The position numbers and the translations under genes are program-made. A stretch of 59,864 nt of DNA, the filler included, from Platydemus manokwari (Eukaryota): assembly GCA_037951405.1 (NCBI GenBank). It is 5 parts of 5 records of this genome, joined end to end, with 100 filler letters (N's around TTAATTAATTAA, not from the genome) between each part and the next. Parts side by side here need not be neighbours in the genome. Positions count along the whole stretch, not along the records: positions 1 to 9,684 come from JBBMOY011218211.1; positions 9,785 to 23,531 come from JBBMOY011631403.1; 3 more parts are not named here. One strand, given 5' to 3'. Shown here piece after piece: positions 1-10,620 of the stretch; the stretch's first letter is position 1, and every line of letters begins with the position of its first letter. The notes beneath the pieces are model-generated. The model did no database searches. It was given only the letters and a program-made list of their open reading frames with translations, and was not told the DNA's origin.

Positions 1-815
1 CGTGTATGTTAATGATTTGCTACAGCACACACACAAGTGTTTACATCTGGTGTCAAATTCCGGTTATTAAGTTATATCATATTTCTCTCAAATGAGTATA
101 ACAAAGTTATAAAGTTACATCAATTTTCATAACAATATCATGGTAACAATAATATTACAATCCACAGTAAATAAAAGAGGAACATTAGTTATCAAACAAA
201 GGTTGTTGATTAACAGCTTGTATATATATATATATACTGTTAGAATTTCTGAAAAAAGTACCTAGAATGAAAATAAAACACCAGAACCGTCAATGATCAG
301 AAATTAGATGACTTAGAGCATTAAATCTTGCTATAATTTTTAAATTTAATGTAATTTATTAATCAGTAAACTCACAGTTATGATGCACCTTATAGTCCGG
401 AAAATATAAAACATCTGTTTCGATAAGACTAAAAACACAATATGCGCAATTTGGATAATTTTAAAAAATTAGATGAGATTTCACTGCTGAAAATATCGCT
501 CAATACGAACATTCTCAACCATGAATACAAACTACACCATTTATAACCTAAATATTTATTTCGGATTCAGTTCAATTACAAGAAATGCTGACAATGTTGT
601 CAGAGTTTTATTGCACAATGTGACAATTCAGTCTACCATGTAACTAGACAAAATATTTATTGTTCTTTCCACTTCGAAATACAGATATACTTGACAAACG
701 AAAATAAATAGAAAAATGCAATTAATTATATGACACTGAGGAACATATTGAATTCAATATTCCAAATAAATTACTTACACAAGCAAAAGACTGAACTCAC
801 TTATAAGATAAATAT

Positions 816-1685
816 TTAAGCCGTACCAATTTCATTTTTACATAAGAGTTTTCTTCGCAAAAATCGGTTATTCAAAGAAAATATTAAAGGGTTAAAAATG
901 CAATTCAAGAACGAAATGTTCATAAATGTCAGAGAATAAATAAAATCCGAATGGAAACTGCGATACATAAATGGTATTGTAATCAAAACATAAACGATAT
1001 TTGCTTCAAACGACATGAGTATCAGCTTTTGAAAATCTCTCATTCGTGAAACATCGTTGATGGATTTATTTTTGTAATATCTTATTCCAAAAGCAATAAC
1101 AATTGATCCATTTGTAATGAAATTGATTAATGAAAACAACACACTGATTGTTCGGAAAAAATATCCAAGAATGTCTCTCGGAGTTAAATTTGTTACGCAA
1201 CTCTTTTGAATAAGCATCAGTATTCTGCAGCTTATATCGATAACACAGTGAACACCGAATATATAAATTACAGTAATTTTAATTATAAGTTTTCTATTCC
1301 ACCATTCAGTTAATGGTTTCAATATAATCAGTAGTCGATCAATTGCTAATAAATCAAAAATCAATAACTCTGAGCAGAACGCAATAAATTTCATGTGATT
1401 TATCAAATCTAACAACAATAACTTGTTGAAAATAAACACGAAATTCTCAATAAACAAAGCCAAAGCTGTAAGAATATCGAACGCTGTTAACAAATTCATG
1501 ATCAATATAAATGTCTGTCTCTTGCCGAGAATTTGTTTGGTTTTTTTGTTGTAGAAAATGAGCAGCACAATATTTAGAATAAATCCAATAGTTGATAATG
1601 GGAAATAAATGAGGTAATGACACGGCTTGGGTAGTACGTTATTGATTACATCTAATAAACAACTAGACACGTTTAATGAGTCCAT
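816..1685 (-). CDS. Intronless class A (rhodopsin-like) orphan GPCR, paralog A
   Basis: Single ORF with seven hydrophobic segments. Motifs: TM1 GFILN, TM2 AFD (D2.50), TM3 LLAIDRLLII (DRY-like), TM6 TIPF, TM7 NCIFNPLIF (NPxxY-like) and a basic helix-8 (NNRFLRRKL). The first true ATG is at 1685 (MDSLNV); the ORF track start at 1709 is a TTG. Confidence 0.85.
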   Translation of the reverse strand: MDSLNVSSCLLDVINNVLPKPCHYLIYFPLSTIGFILNIVLLIFYNKKTKQILGKRQTFILIMNLLTAFDILTALALFIENFVFIFNKLLLLDLINHMKFIAFCSELLIFDLLAIDRLLIILKPLTEWWNRKLIIKITVIYIFGVHCVIDISCRILMLIQKSCVTNLTPRDILGYFFRTISVLFSLINFITNGSIVIAFGIRYYKNKSINDVSRMRDFQKLILMSFEANIVYVLITIPFMYRSFHSDFIYSLTFMNISFLNCIFNPLIFSLNNRFLRRKLLCKNEIGTA

Positions 1686-2539
1686 TAAAATTTGAGTCAA
1701 TGAGAGCAAAAATACTATTTCAAAAATTCTATTTCATCAAATGTGATTGGCTTAAATAAGATAGAAATAATGTTTGACTTAAATCTTTTTAAATATTTCA
1801 CAGATATTCGAGTATTTATATTAACTCTGTGGTATGTAGAACTAAATTTCTCGTTAGTAATTCAACTCCAAATTAATGAACAGATATGCTCATTAATATA
1901 TATTTTTTTATCTTAATTTAATTTATTTGATCTGACAACACAAAGGCTAAGCTAATTATAAAATCTCAGTTATCACGAAGTGCATCGTGTCTATGTGAGA
2001 ATGTGTAATACTAGCTGAGGGACTAGTTTTGGTAGTAGAAATACTATAGTGAGAACTTCATCGATATTTTACAGTTCAATCGTGAAAAAAATTATACTTT
2101 TACTTTACTGTTCAACAAATTAAATTAGCTCTCCTCCAATTCGACTGAATTCTAAAAATATTGTTCCTTGTTCTTCTTGAAAATTTTAACTTTGAGATAA
2201 TATCTCGATCTTGATTATTGCTGTACATGAAATCATGATTTTTCTTTCCAATTCTTTCTAATCTTTATATCTCAGTCAATTATTAGCATCTGTATCAGTA
2301 ATTCTCATTCATTTCCATGTCTGCAGAGGAACATTTAGCTATTCTACACAGGCTTCACTTGTTAGATATATCATGTAGACTAGTTATATTGATTTTTCTC
2401 CTAGTATTACGTTCATAAAACTGTTAATACAAGTTTTTTGCTTGTTCTACAATAGAAATTTATAATTAAAACCAATAAGCATATAATTAAATATCTTATT
2501 TTAAATTCTTGGAGGGTTTTTAGGAAGTTCGAGTAAAAC

Positions 2540-2740
2540 TATATTCTTTCAAGCGTGTTTCTTTATTTGCTTTTCCCCTAACAATTCCATGTGATCGAAG
2601 GTTGTATAAATGTGGTATTGTCAGTCTTAATCGGATGGCTTCGATATTTATACCTATTTACCTTTATCACTGTGCAGTGAAGGAATCCATTTTATTTTTC
2701 GAACAAATTTCAACCGATTTGACTGTATCGGTGCAGATAC
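2540..2740 (-). mobile_element. Degenerate Ty3/Gypsy integrase fragment
   Basis: Minus strand reads WIPSLHSDKGK* and, after a frameshift, LYNLRSHGIVRGKANK. These resemble the integrase core motifs P.xLHSDQG and Y(H/N)PxSNGxVERxN. Stops and frameshifts are present. Confidence 0.5.
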
Positions 2741-5498
2741 TTATATTTATTTTTTAATCCTTTTTTGTATTTTTATTATTAAAAAAGTATATTTAGTCTA
2801 TTATTATTTATTTATATTTCGATTGTATTTGATGAACTCTTTCTTTAATTTACCCTAAATATATCAAGTTTTCTAGACCTTTTTATTTAATATTTCTATT
2901 ATTTCCGTGAATTCTGTTTAGAAGACCTTCTTAGTAGTAGCTTTCACATCTTTATAATTAAACACGACTGAAGCGTTTGAACTTCAACTCCAAATCAAAT
3001 TTCAATTTTTATTTCATAAATGACGAGGTTTGATATTGATTACTTGATAATTTTATAATTAAATTATTATTAGGAAATAATAATTTTCATTAAAACCCCA
3101 TGGTTTGGAAAAAGTAAGACGTCAGAATTTGATAAAAATAATATTGATGTCATATTAAGAATCAATGTTTTATTCACTTTAATCTGAAATCAATCCAAAA
3201 GAAAAAGATAAAACTTTCAATGAAGTCATTAAATAAATAAATCGATAAATATTTTCTAAATAAAATTTACTAAAAATTTAAGTCAGGAAATTAAATTTCA
3301 GAGCGCTATATTAGTAAATCAAATTAAGATTTATTGTTTGTTATTTGATCCTATTATATCATTTCTTTAGAATCAATATTTTATCTCAAGATTAATTTTA
3401 TCTAATATAATATTGGTTGAGTCTTTGTCACTGGGTTCAATAAATCAAACCTGGTTGATGTAAAATTTAAAGGTTATTTTAAATACGCTTTATTTTACGA
3501 TAATATATTTTGCGGAATCTGATTGGTTTATATCTCCAATGGATGAACAGATAAGGGCTCAATTTGAGAATAAAATAGAGATTTTATTTCTTAGGAATTG
3601 ATTTTAACAGAACAATTTCCTTCGATAATATTAGCTTATTTAATTAGATAATCATTAAAACAAACGATTATTAAAACAAATATTTATTATTTAACGATAA
3701 AATCAGAATCAGATACCCTAAATAAATACAAGAATAATCTTAAAATTGATTTTATCATTAATATGATGACAATTAACATTTTTTAAGAAGCTCCATTTAT
3801 TGTGAAAATCAGTATTAAATAAAAAATCCGATAAAAACTATTTATACTACTTATATTTTAGAAGTAAATTATTTAAGTTAAAAATTTATAAATAATTTCA
3901 ACTTTCTTTTCATGGGTATATCTTAAAAGAAATTCAAGGTTTTCTTTTATTTTATAATAAATATTTTTGAAATTGTTTATCTAATTACCCTTAGGGTGAC
4001 TGAAATTTTAAAATATGATTATTAAATAAATGTATTGTTAAAGCGACAATCAATTAAAATTAAAGATTACAAAGTATGTGAGGAGAGAAAATGTTTTAAA
4101 AATATATTTTCTACAATTATAACAATGTTTATAAAAGTCTAAAACTTAGAACTACAAGAACGAAATGAGTCGAAAGTTATTCCAATATATATGTTTTCAG
4201 TAACAGCTTATTTCTATCTTTTGAAATTTGATTAAAAATGGGGTTAATTATTTTAATTAATTAATTATTTTTCCATGAAAAGGGATATTTGAATCAGTAT
4301 ACGAAGTGAATTTTAAAAAGTTTCGACAAGGTTTATGTTTAATGAATGACTATGTAGCCGATTACAAATAATAAGACATTCTATTTATTCTAAAAATCAA
4401 TATTTTCGTTTAATAATTTGTTAGGAATTCCATACATTTGGCTGTGATTAGTAATATTGAATGACTGGAATTGATCAATCTGAATACTGTGTTCATTGGT
4501 GTGATTTTACCTTTTATCGAAAATGAAACTTTTGATATTTTATGATATTGATTGGATATACTTATATAAAAAAGTACATATAAGCATGATAATATCAGAG
4601 AAATAGTTTAGGTCCAGAAAAAATGTAGATTGCAACTTATAGGCTTTTGTATAAACAAAATACGTAAGCTGCTCAATAAAAATTTATCTCAACACGTACC
4701 TGATTCTCAATTAACCAATTCTTAATTAACGAGAAGAAAGAAAAGAGAATAGCAATTAGAAGGAAATTCTAAAGAATTTTTTATCAGTTTTGAAAGAGTT
4801 TATTTTCACTCCATGATATAATCCAGAGTCTTTTTAATTGTAATGCATCTTATTTGGTGTTCTTATTCAGTTTTCAATTTGTGTTCCTCTTGTTATCTCA
4901 TTCTGATTGTGTTTAAGTTCTTATTTTTTTGTTCTCAATAAACCATTGAAAATATATTATTCAAAATTCAGATGTCCTTATTTTGTTCAAATTTCATTTT
5001 TTAAGATGAATCGTTGAAGTTCATTTTATCAATTGTTTGTAACATTTTAACAACTATCGGAAAAGGCGAAAATCGATATTAAATTATTTTTGAAAATTAT
5101 ATGCATTTAAACAACATGTTCCAATCATAAAATTATTTAAAAAAATTGAATTACAGAAATTCATAAAGTCCTTAAAATTATTAAATTTTTTGTAGCCAGA
5201 AAAGACGAATCTTGTATGGGCGAAGATATATTTTCTTCAGTTCATTTTTAATGAGTTTATTTGTAATAATTTTATAATTGTTTAGGTCTACTGTTATTTT
5301 ATAATTACTGATTAAATATGGTGTATGTTATTATAATTATATTTGATTATTATTTTTTTTTCTTTAATGTCATAGGATCTGGAGAACTTCGATTTCCATC
5401 ACCTTTAAGTTATAAATTATTTAATAAAAAAATCAAAACAATAACATATTGAGATAAAATATGGATTATTAATTTAGGAAAACCGAAACAAGAAAGTA

Positions 5499-5724
5499 CT
5501 GTAAAATCCCGAGTATAAACTGCAGCGCGTATTAACTGCAGATGTCATTTTTATAAAAATGAATTGAGGTTTTGAGAAGTGTGATATTGAAAATTGAAAT
5601 AAATAATCTTATCTTCGATTCGAATTGTTTGTTAGTTGTATAAGCTGCACATCATATTAGCTGCAATTAAAAAATATTGCCGTTATGTACGTATTAGCTG
5701 CAGCTTATACTCGGGATTTTACAG
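5499..5724. mobile_element. MITE of the Tc1/mariner-pogo type with TIRs and TA target-site duplication
   Basis: Left end TA|CTGTAAAATCCCGAGTATAAACTGCAGC and right end GCTGCAGCTTATACTCGGGATTTTACAG|TA form a near-perfect ~28 bp inverted repeat. Internal repeats of GTAT(A/T)A(A/G)CTGCA are present. Confidence 0.85.
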
Positions 5725-7530
5725 TATATATGGAAGTCATAAAATAAGTATTAATAAATAAGAAAAAATAAATAAATAGAAACGTTAATCAGCAAAAACA
5801 GAAAGATAACTAATGGCCTCAATGACTGAAATCAATTGCAAATTTGTACTGACTGAAACTTTCATTCATAAACCGTGTTTTAATAAAAAATTATTAATTC
5901 GATTCTCGTTTAAACGACTTTTTAAAAAACAATTCAACTTGAGAATTTAGTTGCTCAAGCATCTGGTAAACATTTTTTAACCCTGAAACTCAAATTGAAA
6001 ATATCCATTAAAATCCACTTAATAATGTCTGCGATGATTTATCAAGAATAATATCTATTTAATTTGCAAATAAAGCATTTCTAATCAACATTTTCATCAA
6101 ATAGATTTAAATATTGTATTAAAATGGCTGTGAAAGAGAGTTCATAGATTATACTTTCAAAGAAAAGCCCCCATGACGATGCTTTTGTTGGAGATAAGAT
6201 TTAAGATGTTTCTACAATTACCACTGAAACAAATTTTCTTATATATATAATCTGACATACAGACTCACGGCCTCAATTTTCTTGACCTATCTTTTTTAGA
6301 ATGATGTCTTCAATGGAATTTCTCTAATCGTTTAATTGTGTACTGTCTGTAATTCGTGTGTGTGTAACTTTACCTTTTGTGAGTGCTGACGGAATAAATT
6401 TGTGAACTGAATATTTCTTAAAAATTTTTGAAAACTGATGTCATGAACTTAAATGGTAAAGATTCTAATATAATTCATCATTATTACAATAATATTTTGA
6501 CCATTATTTCCGAGACTTACACTTCTTAAATAAGCACAATACAATGGATTTATCTGGATATTCTTGAAAAAAATCCGCTAATATACGAAGCAATATTAAT
6601 CAGATTTGTCATTATATTTCTTATAAAAAAACTGAATCCAGCTGAATCTATTGAAAAATTAATTTGAATTATAATCAAAAGACAAAAATCACAACACAAG
6701 AAACATAACCCCATTTGGCCATGCATTGCAGCAATTGAGGTAATCAGACTAAACACGAACTCCTAACAGATAATTACAATTCATCATTACTCTAAAATTT
6801 TCAACTAAAACAAGACCAGTAACATTTGCTTACAGCATCATTCGAATTGACAATGAATACTTCAACACTAACCTCTCCCATTACTTGGTTTTAATGATAT
6901 TTTAAAAGGTAATGTCATAATCATTCAAACTATATGTTTTGAAATAAGCGATAACTTGACCCTAGAAGAACTCTATTTGAAAAGATTCTTAATGAAGAAA
7001 CCTCGTCAAAAAGTTTTGTTAATTATAGAGGTTGATGAGATATTCGTTTTAGAAAGATTGATTAAATCTATAAAGATGCGTATTCCTCCGGAACGAATCA
7101 ATTAAGCGTACTTTTGACGATAGATGATAATTAATAAAGAAGACGGATCTAAATCAGTGAATAGTCCTCAAGTTGAGTTCATTTTTATACTGCAATAAAT
7201 TAATTTACTCTTTTGTGGAAAATTTCGACATCTTAACTCAACCTAGGATTTAACGCGGTTCTGGACTTGGTCACGTTATCACTTAATTCTATGTTGACAG
7301 TTTTCGATTTCTGAATATTTCTTGAAAGAATAGAATAGCTTTTTAACAACATAATATTTTCACATATAATATTCAAAATGAAAATTCAATGTATGCTGAA
7401 CATAATATTTTAATAAAGTACATTTTGAAAATTTTATAATTCTATTATACAAAATAATAGCACGAATATCAAGAATTAAAAGAATATTTTTCATACACAC
7501 AATTTATTTAAAATTATTCAAACTTTGTAG

Positions 7531-8412
7531 TCAGTGCATATCGATTTGATTTTTGCAAAATATTTTTTTCTTAACGAATTTATTGTTCACAGAAAACATG
7601 ATCGCATTGGACACGCAATTGATGTAGCAAAGATTGTAAAATGTTAGAGATATTCCTCTGTTTCTGGTTAACAAAAATACAGAAAATGGTGTTGCAGACG
7701 ACACATAAATAAGATTCGCTAAAAATGATATTCTTGCTAGCTTGATGAACTCTCCTAAATGCCGGTTTTCATTGATTGACTTTTTTCTATTATAAAATCG
7801 CATACCATAAATCACAACAATTGATACATAAATACAAATGTTTGCAGTCATTAGAATAAAAATTTTGCTGCGATAATAATTATAAAGAAAAGTTCTTGGT
7901 AGTAAATTTTCATCGCAAATAAAATATAAAATTATCATTGGTCTGAATACCATTTCTATCACGATTTCTAATATAATCAAATATGCCAGGAATAGTTTTG
8001 TTAGAAGCCTCACATTCCACCATTGAGCTAAAGGGTTCAAAATAATAAGAAGTCTATCGATTGCCAATAAATTCAAAATAACCAATTCTGAAAAGTAAAC
8101 AATGTTTTTAAAAATATCTGATATGCTTAAAACTAATGGACCGGCACGTGAAAGAAATAAGAACACAAACGTTTCCAATGACAAAGTTAAGCACGATAAA
8201 ATATCGATTGATGCCATCATTTTCATTATTACTTGAAAAGTAAGCCGTCTTCCTAAAATCTCATTTGTTTGTTTTATATACCAAATCAATAATATAATAT
8301 TTACAACTATTCCAGTAATTGATAAAGGAAAATAAATTATATAATGATAAGTTGGCGGAAGATGTCTAATAAAATGATTGTATATGCAATTCGAGTAATT
8401 TGTCGTATTCAT
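7531..8412 (-). CDS. Intronless class A (rhodopsin-like) orphan GPCR, paralog B
   Basis: ATG-initiated 293 aa ORF with N-glycosylation sequons near the N-terminus (NTT, NYS). Collinear with the 816-1685 ORF: HYIIYFPLS, GIVVN, ILGRR, SID, SELVILNLLAIDRLLIIL.PL..WWN, LPR, ANLIYV, TPF, SLTF.N, FS.NN.F. Confidence 0.87.
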   Translation of the reverse strand: MNTTNYSNCIYNHFIRHLPPTYHYIIYFPLSITGIVVNIILLIWYIKQTNEILGRRLTFQVIMKMMASIDILSCLTLSLETFVFLFLSRAGPLVLSISDIFKNIVYFSELVILNLLAIDRLLIILNPLAQWWNVRLLTKLFLAYLIILEIVIEMVFRPMIILYFICDENLLPRTFLYNYYRSKIFILMTANICIYVSIVVIYGMRFYNRKKSINENRHLGEFIKLARISFLANLIYVSSATPFSVFLLTRNRGISLTFYNLCYINCVSNAIMFSVNNKFVKKKIFCKNQIDMH

Positions 8413-9269
8413 TTTTCTAATATAATAAAGACATCCATCATATTATATAATAAATTGATCATTTATGATTGGATAAAACTTTGAAAGCGATGCATTTGCT
8501 TATTTTCTTCTGAATTGTTCTCCATGTAATGTTAAATGAATTGACCAATGAAGATGATTTTAAATGATTTTCATATTCGTGATGGAAGAATTTAAAATCA
8601 TACTATATCGAAAATGTTCTGAGAAATAATTTCTAATTTTTTAATATAATTTCACGATTTTTATTTCGTTAATTTGCAGTTATACGAATAATTTTGTTTA
8701 CAAATGTAGGCAGATAATTGATGAAACATAATTGACGTAATTAACATTTTCAGATTTCATCTTTTATCCTTTTTGGTTCAATATTTGATTAGATTGACCA
8801 TGTTCTCTATCCTAATTTATTGAATTCTTAGATTTTCATGGATTTTATTGTGATTTACAAATTGTTATTGTTTATTAAATATTTTAATTTTTTTATCATT
8901 ATTTTATTTCAAATTTTAATAAAATTTTGATTCTTTGCAATTCAAATTTAAATATTAGTTTAAATATAATATTTTAATTATCATGGTAAATAATGAGCTA
9001 TTTCATAGCAACGGTTTCAGAATGCTTATTATTTTGTTCCGAATACAGATTGCATCTTTTGAAGCTTGATTAACATTTACCGAAGACTTCTTTATTAATT
9101 GCTTATTAATTGTGGTTTTTTACGTGAACGTTAAGATAAAACGAAATCTCATGTAAGAAAATAATCTTTCTATGGAAATTGACGGTGGTTACGTTGACTA
9201 TCCAAGAACAGAATTCAACTCTTCTTTCAGGATAATTTTCTCCAAATGCTTGATTAAGAAAACATTTGA

Positions 9270-9684
9270 AAGGTTTATTTTTTCTCCTTAAAATATCGGT
9301 GAACAGAGGATTCTGAAGTCATACTTACTCGAGCATTTTCTTGTTGATTTGTGCCATCATTCTCTTTTACTTCCTTTTTTTCATGATTTCATCAGACGGT
9401 CTAATCCTGATCGCAATCTAGTGAATAAGTTTCCAGTTTCTTCAAACCTCTGTTTCCGGTGTTGTACTGTTATTCCCGCTGCTGGTGCACGATTGAAATG
9501 TTGTTGAAATCCTTGACAAAGTTTGTTACCAGTCTGGTACATTATTATATGGCTAACTATAAACACTACTCACAAGCTAAAATTTAACATAACCAGTCAC
9601 TTCCGCGATATTGTAATAATGCAACTGATTAATAAGAAATAAGAAATAAAGTACATTAATCAGTGAATAATAATTAATATCAAT
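9270..9684 (-). mobile_element. Tc1/mariner (DUF4817/HTH-type) transposase N-terminal relic, copy 1
   Basis: Minus strand encodes CQGFQQHFNRAP...VQHRKQRFEETGNLFTRLRSG, an HTH followed by a degenerate SGRP motif. Clearly homologous at the DNA level to 46130-46530. Truncated by the linker. Confidence 0.75.
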
Positions 9685-9784
9685 NNNNNNNNNNNNNNNN
9701 NNNNNNNNNNNNNNNNNNNNNNNNNNNNTTAATTAATTAANNNNNNNNNNNNNNNNNNNNNNNNNNNNNNNNNNNNNNNNNNNN
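9685..9784. other. Artificial assembly linker N44-TTAATTAATTAA-N44
   Basis: Exactly 100 nt and identical at four sites. The core 12-mer gives stop codons in all six frames. Confidence 0.97.
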
Positions 9785-9859
9785 TCTTCTATCTTCTTTA
9801 TATTTTCATCATATCTACTTTACATCTTCCTTATATCTACTTTATATCTTATTTAAATC

Positions 9860-10620
9860 TTTCATTTTCGTTATATTCTTAATTAACATTGTATCGAATG
9901 CTCAGATATTTATCTACATTAAAAACTCAAGTTCTTCTATCTGTTATATATATTCTCTAAATCTTCTTTATATCTATCTACTCTACCTCTTCATATCTTC
10001 TCTACATTTTCTTTATATATTCCCAACATCTTTCTCCTTTTCCCATAATTTTCCGTCATTGATCTACTCATGATCATATCCTGATGCGTGGTCGCCATGT
10101 AAGCTGCTACTATTTTAAAAACCACATTAAAAATGAACCGAAAAGTCACGTCAAGGAATTAATTTGATTTTATAACAAAAATATTTATACTAAGTTTAAT
10201 CTTTAAAAATTTTAATTAAATTTAAAATGATCACATTCCCTTTTCTTTAAAATAATTGATTTTCTTTATATTCTTATTGACATTGTATCGAATGCTCAGA
10301 TATTTATCTACATAAAACACTCTAGTTCTATTATCTGTTTTATATCTTCTCTAAATCTTCTTTATATCTTCTCTACACTTTCTTCATATATTCTCAACAT
10401 CTTTCTCATTTTTCCATAATTTTTAGTCATTGATCTTCTCAGAATCAGTCGCCATGTAAGCCGCTACTATTTTAAAAGCCACATTAAAAATTAACCGAAA
10501 TGTCACGACAACAAATTCTATCTAAATACAATTAAGTTAATTTTATACAAAAATTTTTTATACAAAATCAAATTTTATACAAAATTTAATCTTTACAAAT
10601 TTTAATTCAATTTAAAATGT
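9860..10620 (+). repeat. Two tandem copies (offset 394 nt) of an unclassified interspersed repeat
   Basis: CATTGTATCGAATGCTCAGATATTTATCTACAT occurs at about 9887 and 10281. Both copies carry the core GTCGCCATGTAAGC(T/C)GCTACTATTTTAAAA.CCACATTAAAAAT.AACCGAAA.GTCACG. Confidence 0.85.

Noticed and set aside
36-70. TTACA-TC-TGGTGTCA resembling an LTR end plus tRNA primer-binding site
   Set aside because: Only 8 nt resemble a PBS and no gag sequence follows.
6550-6756. Hydrophobic ORF between the two GPCRs as a third paralog
   Set aside because: Shares none of the paralog motifs and starts at a GTG.
9729-9740. Recurring palindrome TTAATTAATTAA as a biological repeat or CRISPR-like element
   Set aside because: Always embedded in exactly 44+44 Ns; an assembly linker.
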